Assembly: GCA_963737155.1 (NCBI GenBank)
Contig: CAVTRN010000002.1
Location: forward strand, 2,912,001 to 2,976,000
Source: Nitrospirota bacterium
GTDB taxonomy: Bacteria; Nitrospirota; UBA9217
DNA length: 64,000 bases
Reading direction: 5' to 3'
In this document: positions 19,461-30,272 of the stretch, in pieces
How positions within the stretch are numbered: position 1 is the stretch's first letter
Layout: every line of letters starts with the position of its first letter
Translations under genes and position numbers: made by a program
Notes under the pieces: generated by a model
The model's input: only the letters and a program-made list of their open reading frames with translations
Database searches by the model: none
What the model was told of the DNA's origin: nothing

Positions 19461-19844
19461 TCAATGAGCACAACCCCCATCGCCGCCGCTGTGGCCGGCG
19501 CAGCACTCTTGGACCCTTAGCACGGGAAGGCTTTTAGTATGAAACAGTGAGAGATTTTCTCGTATTGTCGACCCCTGTGAGCGATATACCGTGATTCCCA
19601 TTTGATTCAGCCTTGTGAGCGCTCCCGCTCCGATGCCGCCAACAACTATCGCACCAACTTTTTGGTTTTCAAGCGCCTTCATCGGGTTGCATGCGCCATG
19701 CATGTGGTGCTGGTCCCGATTGCCGATTGACGCAACACTATTTGTGTCCGTATCGAAAACGACAAATACCGGCGCTGAGCCAAAGTGGTTGTACACGGTG
19801 CTCTCGATCCCATTATCATTCTGAACCGGAAAACAGATCTTCAT
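19461..19844 (-). CDS. NifB/NifX-family (FeMo-co biosynthesis domain) protein with Cys/His tail
   Basis: MKICFP, HFGSAP.F, HGAC.P, VGGIG.GA, tail CCAGHSGG.GGCAH. Confidence 0.9.
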   Translation of the reverse strand: MKICFPVQNDNGIESTVYNHFGSAPVFVVFDTDTNSVASIGNRDQHHMHGACNPMKALENQKVGAIVVGGIGAGALTRLNQMGITVYRSQGSTIRENLSLFHTKSLPVLRVQECCAGHSGGDGGCAH

Positions 19845-19878
19845 GTGATGTTCCTCATATGCATTATATATACGACGA

Positions 19879-20154
19879 TTATTGAAATACGATAGCCTGA
19901 CCTTTGCTCAGGGCTTTCGCGACCTTTTTTCTCGCGACAGTAAGTATTCTTTGAATAGTTCCTCGCGAGACACCCATCTTGGTGCCGGCCTCCGCTTGAG
20001 TAAGGTCATCAAGATCACAGAGTTTTAAAGCCTCAAGCTCTTCCCGCAAGAGAGGGATTTGCTCGGTCCCGGCCATCGGAATGCCTGTGGGTTTAAAGGC
20101 TTCGCCTTTAAACTTACATTTGCAGTTTCGCGGCTTTTTACACCTCGGCGACAT
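19879..20154 (-). CDS. DUF134 HTH protein
   Basis: PR.KK.R.C, FKP.GIP, EELEAL.L.DL..LTQ.EA...MGVSR.T..RIL..AR.K.A.AL. Confidence 0.9.
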   Translation of the reverse strand: MSPRCKKPRNCKCKFKGEAFKPTGIPMAGTEQIPLLREELEALKLCDLDDLTQAEAGTKMGVSRGTIQRILTVARKKVAKALSKGQAIVFQ

Positions 20155-20172
20155 GTTTACCCCTTCTCGTTT

Positions 20173-20217
20173 TGTGCATATGCTCATGAAGATATCAGGT
20201 GCCGATGATAATGTCAA
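20173..20217 (-). promoter_or_regulatory. Promoter TTGACA-17-TATCTT with palindrome TGAGCATATGCACA at the expected start site
   Basis: Read directly on the minus strand upstream of DUF134 (SD aagggg). Confidence 0.6.
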
Positions 20218-20989
20218 GTGACTTTTAGAAGCCTTTCACTTTTGTTCGGAAAAACGCGGAAATATAATATCGTTTTAATCTGCCGAGAGGGGGTCGACCA
20301 TGTGGTGCTGCGCTCATATAGCAAAAAATACCTTAATACGGCGAAAGGTGTAAACAAATAGCTAGATGCAAGCACCCATGCAATTTAATCTACTCATTCA
20401 TGGGCGAAGCCCTTGCGGCCATGACCGGGACTGAGCGTGGTTTATTGCTGCAATCCGGAGCGGACCTATTACTCGATGATAAATATTAAGATTGAATGGC
20501 CGACGACAACCTCACCCTTATCTCTGACCTTGTACCCCTCGGGCAGAGGATGTTTCCATAGTTAAACGCATCATGTCAATGACCGAATCGACCTAACTTC
20601 GGTTGTCCATCCTGCCGTAGACATAGCTCACGAGCTGTAGCTCCTTAGGCAATGGTAAATAAATCAATGGCAGCATAAACATTAACGTGAAAATTTCAGT
20701 TCTTGTCACGGGTGATTTTTTTGACTCGACAGGGAGCCTTCAAATGGGTGAGCATCGGAGCTTATTAGTATAGGCGAGCCTAAATGCAGGTTTTCTCCGC
20801 AATTGCTTTTTTTTGCTGTAGCCCGATATAAATCGATTTCGACGAAGGACTCCTCCAAGAAGGTTGCGGATATGACCTAGTCACTTGCAGATCATTGCCT
20901 CTTACTAAACTTGACATCCTGAATGAGGGACTCTCGGCGATCTCTGCATGTCAGATCCCTTTTGCGCTAGTTGCGGCATGGCCCTTACA

Positions 20990-21673
20990 TCAATGTGCAG
21001 ATGAGGTTTCTCCGGACTCGCCGGAAATGACATATACATCGATATCGTCGCTACCCTGCACAATTTCATTCAGAGGCGAACTGAAGAGCTTGTCCTTCCA
21101 GCGGGAATGGGGCGGCTTGCCGATAATTATCATGCTCACGTTGCGGCTGCGAGCATAGGTGAGGATTTCCTCGCTCACATGTTTACCTGTCAATGTCACG
21201 ATCTCGGCACCCAAGCTTTTCGCGAGCTGCATATGATCATTTAGCTGCTTCAGATCGCTTTCCGACGGTTGCACTCGTGAGGGAGCCTCTACGTGCACGG
21301 CGATCCATTCGGCGCGCAGTCCGACCGCCATCCTCTGCGCTACATGGATCAGGCGCATCGAGCGGGGATTCAATCCCACACAAACGAGTATCCATTCCCC
21401 TGCTGGCCAGATTGTTTGGATGCCCTTATCTCGCCGGTAGACCTGCATCTGCTCATCGACACGGTCAGCAGTGCGGCGCAAAGCAAGCTCCCGTAGCGCA
21501 ATCAAGTTCCCTTTACGGAAATATTTCTCGCTGGCGGTAGCTGCCTCTACGGGCATAAATACCTTCCCCTCCTTCAGACGCTTCAGCAGCTCATCGTGCG
21601 GCAAATCTATAAGCTCAATTTCGTCCGCCCTGTCCAGGAAAAAATCGGGGACGGTCTCATGGACGTTGACTCC
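20990..21673 (-). pseudogene. kdpD: KdpD fragment (end of the KdpD domain plus Usp domain)
   Basis: V.ETVPD...DRADEIELID....LLKRL.EGKV, F..GNL.ALRELALRR.A.RVD, ILVCVG, A..LGAE; N-terminus missing and no TM or kinase part. Confidence 0.8.
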
Positions 21674-21732
21674 TACTAATGGATTATTGTGAGATCGAGA
21701 AGGCTGCGATATAATTTTCTTAGAGGAATGAG

Positions 21733-21862
21733 GAACCTCTCCGCAGCAATCTGCAGGGTATCTATAAAAAGGTAGACGATATCTTATGAGAAACCTGCGG
21801 CTTCTCAAATTCTTCCATCTATGCGGTGACCCTGTAGCATGCTACAGGGAATCACAAGTTAA
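21733..21862 (+). mobile_element. Three-hairpin dispersed element, copy 3
   Basis: gaacctctccgcagcaatctgcagggtatctataaaaagg...tgagaaacctgcggcttctcaaa...CCCTGTAGC-AT-GCTACAGGG aatcacaagttaa. Confidence 0.78.
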
Positions 21863-21867
21863 AACTA

Positions 21868-23042
21868 TGAAATCGCATGACTGTATAATAAAATGCAGAC
21901 GAAACCATCACGGGCAGGAGAGGCTTATTTTAATTCTCATGGTCCTGCTGTTTATCCCTTGCACCCTCGCGATAGCTCAAAACACCAACAAGAGCTTCGG
22001 CGAGCAATATACTATAACTAACCTTGTGTCGAATATTATCGGTCAGACCGCAAATGGAGATTCAAGTCTAATCAATCCCTGGGGCATCGCACGTCCTACC
22101 ACGGAGGGGCCATGGTGGGTTGCAGATAATGGGAAAGGCAGGGTGACTGTTTATAGTGGAAAAACAGGAATTTCTTTTCCCGGTTTGTCACCGCTGAATG
22201 TAGCTATTCCCGCGACTCCCAGCAATATTAATTATAATTCCGCTCCTACCGGCGTTGTGTTCAACGGCACAGATGATTTCCAGCTTGCTCCGGAGGTACC
22301 AAGTAGGTTCATTTTCGTGACCAGCGATGGCGCCATTGCGGGCTGGAACTACACGATTAACCGACATAATGCAGTTATCGTTGCTGATAAATCTCCTGAT
22401 GCCGCATACACCGGCGTTACCATCGGTAGTATCAGTGGTGTGAACGTACTCTATGCAGCAAACTTCCGTCAGAGACGGGTGGATATTTTCGGACCAAGTT
22501 TCAGCCAACGCTTCCTCAATCCGAACGCATTCGTTGATCCGCTCATACCTGATAGTTTTTCTCCCTACAATGTTCAAAATATAAATGGACGAATTTTCGT
22601 GGTTTTTGCTAAAACCAACGCCGAAGGAACGAAAGCCGAAATTGGAACCGGTTCAGGTTATGTCGACGAGTTTGACGAGGATGGAAACCTTATCATGCGG
22701 CTTATGGAGGGACCCTGGATGAATGCACCCTGGGGCATCACACAGGCACCCATGGACTTCGGGGACTATGGTGGATTTCTCCTTCTTGGAAACTCAGGAA
22801 GCGGACAGATTGCAGCGTTCGATGCGGAATCGGGAGTTTTTGTAGGATATCTGAAGAACAGACAAGGAACAGCGCTTGTCATACCGGAGCTTCATGCCTT
22901 ATCCTTCGGCAACAACGGTCTCGCCGGTCCTGCGACGACGCTTTACTTCTCCGCAGGCGGAATCAACATTTTTGGATTTATTTCTATAGGTCCGACTCCG
23001 GAAGAGACCTATCCTTTTGCAGGAACCTATATACTACACTGA
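21868..23042 (+). CDS. TIGR03118-family exported beta-propeller-like protein
   Basis: Y..TNLVS, LINPWGI, WVADNG, PTGVVFN, FIF.T.DG.I.GWN, LYAANF, PYNVQNI, NAPWG; true start uncertain (21786 lies inside the repeat element). Confidence 0.8.
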
Positions 23043-23480
23043 GACAATGGAGGGTTTGGAGTGTAGATCGGCTCCCCATAGCGCCTTACATGTTACGAGA
23101 TCCCTTTGTTACACAGTGCCCACACTCCTCCACGTGGCCGCCCAAATCAGCCGTGCGTCATGTTTCTATTACCCGCATCGCGCGAAGAGGATTCACGAGC
23201 ATGGGATAAGCGCTGCGGTACGGAGGGGCCGTACCGGTGTAAGATGTCTGCAACCTCGATCTGCCTGACTTCCCGTGCACACATGACGAAGTGTCAGTAG
23301 ATGCGACTACGCATTCTTTTTGGATTGCGGGGAAAGATCGAGATCCAGAGGACTCATGATCTCTGACAGGTTTTTCTCGTTTACGTGGAAGGTGATACTC
23401 TATCCATTCGGACAGGGGAGCATGTTACAAGTTGGATTTGTGAACATTTCAGCATTTCTGGCGAGCCGATACAGGAGTCA

Positions 23481-26480
23481 TTAATCTTTATTTACCATTA
23501 GCGCTATGGGAAAAGTCGATAAAATCCCGGCAAGAGCAAGTCCCTGTTTTCCGTCTTGTTGAGATTCCGTACCGATGATCTCATCGGTAAATATATTTCT
23601 ATATTGTGTTTCACTGTCGGAATCAGGCAGGATTATATAAGTATCCTCCCAGAGAGCCTTATCCAAAGGAATTGGCCCTTCCCCCTGTATGAGCAGCCAG
23701 AGGAGCCGCGGAACTACGACGATCGTCGAGGCGCCACCCATTTTCCTCACAAAGGCACAGACATGGTCAGCCCGAGACCCGACAATCGAAAGAGGTAGGT
23801 AGGCGCCTTTCTCAAACAGACCCCGGTTTGCTTTCCGGCATGTGAGTGCTTTATAAATCAAGTACATCTTTATCCTTCCGTCATTCATACTGTGATACAG
23901 TTCCTCTGCAAGATTCACTTCCGCTGCTGCTTCTTTTCTTTTCAATTCCGACAGTATGTTTATCCGCCTTTCATAATCCACTGGCCTCCGGTTGTCGGGG
24001 TCTACGAGGTTGAGATCCCACAATTCCGTCCCCTGGTAGAAATCAGGAACGCCAGGAACGCAGATTTTGAGCAGCGTCTGGGCAAGGGAGTTGAACATGC
24101 CGCAGCGTGAAACCTTACGCTGGAAAGGGAAAAAATTGGACAGGAACTGGTTTTCCGGCGCGGGGTGCAAGATACGATTTATGAACGTAGTCAAAGCCTG
24201 TTCGTGCGTTTCGTTCGGGTTTATCCAGCTAGTATTCACTTTTGCCTCACGCGCCGCCTTGATCATGTAGTCACGTATTCGCTCTACGAATTCATCATAA
24301 GCATTCCCATCGATTGTCTCCACTGGCCAAGTCCCCACAAGTATCTGGTATATCAGATACTCTTCATTCCGATCCGGCGCCTCTGCGCCGTCAATCACAG
24401 TTTTTCTCCTCCTGTTCATCCTCACCCACGCCCTCACATGCTCTCCCCACTCCCGCGGTATCTCAGACAGTACGTTGATCCTCGCCCTCACGTCCTCGCT
24501 TCGCTTCGTATCATGCGTGTCCGTAGTTACGAGCGTATGTGGCCAGAGTTTCAACCGCTCTATATTCTGTCCGTGGAATGCCTCCAAGGGTGTGCCGAAC
24601 CGCTCCGGCATACCACCAACCTCGTTTAATGATACGAGCCGGTTATAGACGTAGAAGGTTGTGTCCTCGACTCCTTTCGCCATGACGGGACCTGTGATTT
24701 GCTGGAACCGCATCACAAAGTCGAACTGTTTTGCCTTGTCCGCATCGCTGAGGTCCTTAGGAAACCTGAGCAGCAGAACGTCTTTCAGAAAATCAAAGAT
24801 AGACTCGCTGATTGCAGGGTTGTTGCGCTTTGCCCGGGAGACAGCCTGCTCGATATATTGGATGTCGCGATCGGAAACCTTCCACGTGTTCGTGTATGTT
24901 CTGTATACCGGGAAGGCAGCGATCACCTCGATAACAGCTCTTCGAAGGCTGTACAAGGTAAAATCCCTTGTACGCCTGTTCGTTTCGGATATGTCATTCA
25001 GATAATGACCAAGGGTGTTGACCTCGCTCGACAGCGTCGCCAGCATAACTTCCTTTTTTTTTGTCGAGATCATGTCCTGTACGTTGATCCTCTTTCGGAT
25101 GAATTTTTCGTAGATAACGTCAAAGGCCTTCGCATTTTGACCGTCAATAAAGATTCCGTTAACAGAGTTCAGAAATTCATAGCCCGTCGTGCCGTAGATC
25201 GGCCAGTCCTCGGGCATGCGCTCGCTCTTCGTCAATATTTTTTCTCCAACGATGTAGAAGGGCTTATATTCCAGGTTTTTCAGCACAGTCTCATCATATT
25301 GCACCGCGAGTTCGCGCTCCATTTCGGACATCGTTTCCGGTTTTATCTGACCCTCACCCACCCCGTTTTCTACGGTAACCATCTCCTGGATAAAGCAACC
25401 GCGCTGGATCCAATGAAAATACTCAACGGGATTGTAAAGACCATCCGGGTGGTCAATCCGCAAACCTGTGACGCCCCTTTCCCGAATCAGCCGAAAGATC
25501 AGAGCGTGGGTCGCCGCAAATACGGCGGGATGCTCCATATGGATTGCGCCGAGGCTGTTGATATCGAAAAAACGCCGATAGTTGATCTCTTCCGTCGCTA
25601 CCCGCCAGTGCGAAAGACGGTATATCTGCTTGCCCATAAGGCTGTCCAGGAGATCAAAGCTCTTTGAATCGCCTTTTGTTCCGTTAAATAGCATTACGTT
25701 CTCTGCAATATGCCTTCTTACTTCGTCACTTCTTTCGACAAGCACCCGGAGACGCCGTTTGATCACTTCCTTCTCACGGTACCGTTCCGCAATACGCACG
25801 AGATCTGTTTCCGTAAAGATTGGAAGGTGCTGGAGCGCAGTAGTAATGCTCAGAAACTCGGTAATGTCAGGACTCTCTTCTGGAATAAGGGCCTTCAGTT
25901 CATCAAGACGATGTTCCAAGAGGGAAACATACGTCTCCGGTAGGACCGGAAGTTTGTGTTCGTGATAATACACAAAGAAAGCGCCTTCTTCGAAGGCCAG
26001 TCTCAGTTCCTGTCCCTCCAGAATATTTCCATACTGGCCACCGAGGATAGGAATGAGAACCTTGTCCTTGAGTTCTTTTTTGATCGGCGCCCAGTCGATG
26101 TCAAAATATGCTGCATAGGGGGAGCATAGGCCATTTTCGAGTACGTCCATCCACCATGCATTATCCGAGCTCTCGATGCACATATGATTGGGAACGATAT
26201 CGAGGATTTGTCCCATACCAAGCCGGTCCAATACATCGATCATTGCTGCATAGTCCTCGTGCGTACCGATCTCGGGGTTCAGGGAATTGTGGTCCACAAT
26301 GTCGTAACCGTGGAGGCTCCCGGCTTTTGCCTTGAAATACGGCGACGCATAGATGTCAGTGATGCCGAGTTGATCAAGATAAGAAATGGCCCGCGTGGCG
26401 TCACGGAAGGTGAATCGATGATTGAACTGAAGCCGATATGTTGATACAGGGATTCTCGGAGACGGCAAATCTTTAATCAT
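23481..26480 (-). CDS. treY: Malto-oligosyltrehalose synthase
   Basis: STYRLQF, GSLHGYD, DIVPNHM, INYRRFFDIN, GLRIDHPDGL, VGEKIL, AKGVEDT.FY, THDTKRSED.RARI, PGVPDFYQG. Confidence 0.95.
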   Translation of the reverse strand: MIKDLPSPRIPVSTYRLQFNHRFTFRDATRAISYLDQLGITDIYASPYFKAKAGSLHGYDIVDHNSLNPEIGTHEDYAAMIDVLDRLGMGQILDIVPNHMCIESSDNAWWMDVLENGLCSPYAAYFDIDWAPIKKELKDKVLIPILGGQYGNILEGQELRLAFEEGAFFVYYHEHKLPVLPETYVSLLEHRLDELKALIPEESPDITEFLSITTALQHLPIFTETDLVRIAERYREKEVIKRRLRVLVERSDEVRRHIAENVMLFNGTKGDSKSFDLLDSLMGKQIYRLSHWRVATEEINYRRFFDINSLGAIHMEHPAVFAATHALIFRLIRERGVTGLRIDHPDGLYNPVEYFHWIQRGCFIQEMVTVENGVGEGQIKPETMSEMERELAVQYDETVLKNLEYKPFYIVGEKILTKSERMPEDWPIYGTTGYEFLNSVNGIFIDGQNAKAFDVIYEKFIRKRINVQDMISTKKKEVMLATLSSEVNTLGHYLNDISETNRRTRDFTLYSLRRAVIEVIAAFPVYRTYTNTWKVSDRDIQYIEQAVSRAKRNNPAISESIFDFLKDVLLLRFPKDLSDADKAKQFDFVMRFQQITGPVMAKGVEDTTFYVYNRLVSLNEVGGMPERFGTPLEAFHGQNIERLKLWPHTLVTTDTHDTKRSEDVRARINVLSEIPREWGEHVRAWVRMNRRRKTVIDGAEAPDRNEEYLIYQILVGTWPVETIDGNAYDEFVERIRDYMIKAAREAKVNTSWINPNETHEQALTTFINRILHPAPENQFLSNFFPFQRKVSRCGMFNSLAQTLLKICVPGVPDFYQGTELWDLNLVDPDNRRPVDYERRINILSELKRKEAAAEVNLAEELYHSMNDGRIKMYLIYKALTCRKANRGLFEKGAYLPLSIVGSRADHVCAFVRKMGGASTIVVVPRLLWLLIQGEGPIPLDKALWEDTYIILPDSDSETQYRNIFTDEIIGTESQQDGKQGLALAGILSTFPIALMVNKD

Positions 26481-28315
26481 TTCGCCTCCCTTGTCATTTT
26501 ATAAAGAACAAAACTATGAGGATGAATCCGGATTATTGTCGTTTGTGAATTAGTCGTGGGTTCGACTGCTGCGCCCTTGCCGCCCCATACCTCCTCTGAT
26601 GAGTCAAGTACTTTGCACCACTTTCCTTTCGGGAGTGTAATGTGAATGTTTTCCTCTCTTTCGCTGAAATTATACAGGCAAAAGACTTCATCTCTTCCCT
26701 GCCATCTCCGTACGAATAAAGTTCTCTCGGCCTCGAAACGAGATGTTTCCAGATTGTCTTTGCTGAGCATTCGAAGAACGGGCATTTCTTTCCTGAGGTG
26801 AATCAGGTTCTGATAAAAATCGAGCAGGATTCGATGCTCATGTTGGGTATGGAGCGCCAGAGTGATTTTTGATTTCTGGAACGTTTTCTCGGACTGAGGA
26901 TCTGGGACGTCCCCCTCCCATCCGAAGCGTGAGAACTCCTCTCTTCGTCCCCTTCGCACCGCTTCCACGAGGGTCTGGTCCGAATGGCTCACGAAATATT
27001 GATAGGGGGCCGTTTCTCCGTACTCCTCTCCCATAAACAAGAGCGGAATATGGGGAGACAGAACGACCACACCTGCAGCGAGCTTCAGTTGCTCGAATGA
27101 GACCATCGATGACAACCGTTCGCCCTTCATCCGATTCCCCACCTGGTCATGATTCTGGGAAAACACGATGAACTGGTGCGCCGGCCTCCCTTTCGAAGAG
27201 CTGCCATGCCTGCGTTGTCTGAAAGACGAATACTCGCCTGAATAGACAAACCCCTCTCTGAATGCCTTCTCGAGATGCTCGATCTTTCCAAAATCCTGGT
27301 AGTAGCCGCTTTGCTCGCCTGTGAGGAGTGTATGGAGCGCGTGATGAAAGTCATCGTTCCACTGGGCGTCTAGCTCATAGCCGCCCATGTTTTTCGGATT
27401 AAGCAGTCGAACGTCGTTCAGGTCACTCTCGGGAATGACGTGCACCTGTCTGTCGAGGCATTTAGCCCGACAATGCACAGCTTCCGCCAGTTCCTGCAAA
27501 AAATGTTTTGCGCTGAAATCGAATATTCCGTGGATCGCATCGATTCGCAGGGCGTCGATGTGATAGTCAGTTATCCAATGAAGCGCGTTTTCAATGAAAT
27601 AGTGTCGCACCTCATCTGAGTACGGGCCGTCAAAATTGATCGCATCTCCCCAGGGCGTTTTATATGTGTCGGTAAAATAACGGCCGTAGTCCCAAAGGTA
27701 ATTGCCTTCGGGGCCAAGGTGATTGTAGACCACGTCGAGGGCAACGGCGATGCCATTTTGATGGGCCACATTTACGAGCCGTTTCAACCCCTCAGGGCCG
27801 CCGTATGAGTTTTGAACCGCATAGGGGAACACTCCATCATATCCCCAATTCCTCATTCCGGGAAATTGCGCTACGGGCATGAACTCTATGACATTTACAC
27901 CGAGATCGAGCAGATAACCAAGATAAGGGATGATGGCGTCAAATGTCCCTTCCGGTGAAAAGGTCCCGACGTGAAGTTCGTAGCAGATGTAATCGGGGAG
28001 GGCGAGCCCTGTCCATCTTTGGTCGTCCCAGGAAAATGTGGTGTGATCGACGACCTGAGACGGCCCGTGTACCCCCTTCGGCTGGTATCGTGACGCCGGG
28101 TCGGGCCTTTCTTTTTCTCTATCGAGCTGGTAAACGTACTGTGTTCCCGGGAATGCATCTTCGGCTGTTATCCTCCAGTAGCCTCGATCGACCCGTATCA
28201 TGGGAACCAGCCGTTCGACAGGGGATACAATCTTCAGAGCCATTGCATTCAACTTCGGAGCCCAGACCGTAAAGGTACAGCGTCCGTTCCCTTCGTAATG
28301 AGCGCCAAGTACCAT
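26477..28315 (-). CDS. treZ: Malto-oligosyltrehalose trehalohydrolase
   Basis: F.VWAP, PDPASRYQP.GVHG, YELHVGTF, RNWGYDGV, DVVYNHLGP.GNY, LRIDA.H, QWNDDFHH, QNHDQVGNR, LFMGEE. Confidence 0.95.
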   Translation of the reverse strand: MVLGAHYEGNGRCTFTVWAPKLNAMALKIVSPVERLVPMIRVDRGYWRITAEDAFPGTQYVYQLDREKERPDPASRYQPKGVHGPSQVVDHTTFSWDDQRWTGLALPDYICYELHVGTFSPEGTFDAIIPYLGYLLDLGVNVIEFMPVAQFPGMRNWGYDGVFPYAVQNSYGGPEGLKRLVNVAHQNGIAVALDVVYNHLGPEGNYLWDYGRYFTDTYKTPWGDAINFDGPYSDEVRHYFIENALHWITDYHIDALRIDAIHGIFDFSAKHFLQELAEAVHCRAKCLDRQVHVIPESDLNDVRLLNPKNMGGYELDAQWNDDFHHALHTLLTGEQSGYYQDFGKIEHLEKAFREGFVYSGEYSSFRQRRHGSSSKGRPAHQFIVFSQNHDQVGNRMKGERLSSMVSFEQLKLAAGVVVLSPHIPLLFMGEEYGETAPYQYFVSHSDQTLVEAVRRGRREEFSRFGWEGDVPDPQSEKTFQKSKITLALHTQHEHRILLDFYQNLIHLRKEMPVLRMLSKDNLETSRFEAERTLFVRRWQGRDEVFCLYNFSEREENIHITLPKGKWCKVLDSSEEVWGGKGAAVEPTTNSQTTIIRIHPHSFVLYKMTREAK

Positions 28316-28401
28316 CCTTAGAGATTCCCTTCGTTTGGGGCCACATCACTTCAAAACGAGGCTTTGCATCCGTGTGGGAAAGAACAAGCAGAAAAAGACG
28401 A

Positions 28402-29610
28402 TCACAATTCCAGAACGCTCCCCTTATGTTCCGTCGCGTACCAGATTGACAGGTAGTCACGTACTTGTCTTGTAATGAGAAAATTGGCTCGAACAAATTC
28501 TTTACCGCGCTCTCCCATCCGCTTTGCCATGTCAGGATTATTGAGCAGCTGCCGGACCCGGAACGCAGCACCCTCGGGAGAGTGCACAAGGAAGCCGGTC
28601 ACACCGTGCACAATCTGGATCGGAATTCCGCCTACGGCACCGCCGACAACGGGTTTTTCCTTCCACATGGACTCAGATACGGTGAGTCCGAAGCCTTCCT
28701 TGACGGATTTCTGGAGCACAACTGTTGCCAGTCGCTGGAGTGCGTTGATTTCCTTGTCACTGAAGGGCGGCAGAAGCAAGATGAAAATATCCGGGTCATC
28801 GGCAGCATACTCCCGCACTTCAGCCAGGACCGCTTCTCCTTCAGGGTCATCCGTAGCAGGGCTCCCGGCAAGAACGAGGATACAATCGTTATATTTCTTC
28901 ACAATGCGATAGGCCATGATCACGCCTATAGGGTCCTTGAAACGATCGAAGCGCGATACCTGAAGCAGCATCGGCCGATCAAGAGGCATTTTGAACTTCT
29001 TCGCCGCCTCACCGATTTCTTCCGGCGAAAGCTCCCTATTTTTATCGCTCACCGGATCAATTGACGGCGGAATAATGAACTCATCAATGCCCATGGACCG
29101 GGAAAATTTTGCTACGGAGAAGACCGCGGCATGGTATCGGTTGCAGTACATCCTAAGAACATCCCACACATCAAGGCGGGGGTTCGACACGTCGATGTGG
29201 CACCGCCAGATCCACGTACCCTTTTTCGCAAAGTTAATGAGGGGTGCCGGTTGTGGATCATGGATGATAACGGCATCTGCCTCCAGATTTAGCGTCTCGG
29301 CGTTGGCCTTATTTACCTCGAGATGGTGCGCCCACATTTGCTCGGTGAAAGACTCCTTATTTCCCTGAAGTGCGTTATGAATTTTTTTCGTTATAGAATA
29401 AAACTCGCCGTCGCCCTTGATAACCTCCCACCTCGCGTCGATACCCAACTCTTTGAGAATCGGGATCATACGGTGCAGGATCTCCGCCACGCCCCCTCCT
29501 TCCCGCGTGGAGTTGATGTGCAGGAATGTCTTGTTGCTGAACACCTTCCCGAGCTTGCGAAGAAGCACAAGGTCGCTATTCGGCGATATCCCCTTGTAGG
29601 CGTCGATCAT
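28402..29610 (-). CDS. treT: GT4 glycosyltransferase, TreT-like trehalose synthase
   Basis: HINST..GGGVAEIL, TKKIHNALQG, IHDPQP, WRCHID, PPSIDP, QVSRFD.FKDP.GV, QKS..EGFGLTVSE. Confidence 0.8.
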   Translation of the reverse strand: MIDAYKGISPNSDLVLLRKLGKVFSNKTFLHINSTREGGGVAEILHRMIPILKELGIDARWEVIKGDGEFYSITKKIHNALQGNKESFTEQMWAHHLEVNKANAETLNLEADAVIIHDPQPAPLINFAKKGTWIWRCHIDVSNPRLDVWDVLRMYCNRYHAAVFSVAKFSRSMGIDEFIIPPSIDPVSDKNRELSPEEIGEAAKKFKMPLDRPMLLQVSRFDRFKDPIGVIMAYRIVKKYNDCILVLAGSPATDDPEGEAVLAEVREYAADDPDIFILLLPPFSDKEINALQRLATVVLQKSVKEGFGLTVSESMWKEKPVVGGAVGGIPIQIVHGVTGFLVHSPEGAAFRVRQLLNNPDMAKRMGERGKEFVRANFLITRQVRDYLSIWYATEHKGSVLEL

Positions 29611-30272
29611 ATGGCCGTCCCCGCTAATTCCATGTCTTGCCGTGCAGTTTCTTCACACGCCGTCGCAATCCGCGTCCTGATTCCCTCCAGGTTGTGCATG
29701 AACGGATCGATAAACCGCAGCCTCTCTGCAAGATCTTTTTTCCCCAACTCTTCGAACCATTGTGAAAAATCGTTTGACTTCCCTTCAAATCGCCGCCGAG
29801 CGTCAAAAAAGTGATAATACAGGCAACTGTCATCAACATATTTGACAGCCATGGCAAACTCAGCAAGGTTTCTGACACCGATACCGGCATTGACCACCAA
29901 GGTTATCGTTTCATTGAAGAAGAACTCATCACCGGGCATGGCATCCCGGGGCTCCGGAAACCTTTCGAAGTGATCGTCGACAACCTTGAGCAACGCTTTT
30001 CTCAGTGCTTCTATATTGACGAAATCATAAGGATCGATATTGGAGAGCTGCTCGGCTAAGGCACTCTCCTCGAGACTCGCGCCGGCCCATTGAGAGAAAT
30101 CATTTGTATACTCAAGCATGTGCCCTTTCAATAAGTACTGATAAGTATGATGGGATATGGCCCCTTCGCTGACAACCGCGAGCGCATCCCTGAACTCGTG
30201 AAGGGTTTTTACCTTCTTCCCTGTGGCTTTGATAATGGTTACACACTGTTTGAATTCGAAGACTTCGCTCAT
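29607..30272 (-). CDS. DUF5752-family protein with an internal duplication
   Basis: F.F..C; two copies of H...NDFSQW...L...LAE.L..IDP; stop overlaps the treT start. Confidence 0.8.
   Translation of the reverse strand: MSEVFEFKQCVTIIKATGKKVKTLHEFRDALAVVSEGAISHHTYQYLLKGHMLEYTNDFSQWAGASLEESALAEQLSNIDPYDFVNIEALRKALLKVVDDHFERFPEPRDAMPGDEFFFNETITLVVNAGIGVRNLAEFAMAVKYVDDSCLYYHFFDARRRFEGKSNDFSQWFEELGKKDLAERLRFIDPFMHNLEGIRTRIATACEETARQDMELAGTAI

Noticed and set aside
19461-19844. Nitrogen fixation
   Set aside because: Stand-alone NifB/NifX-domain proteins with DUF134 are common in non-diazotrophs, and no nif structural genes are present.
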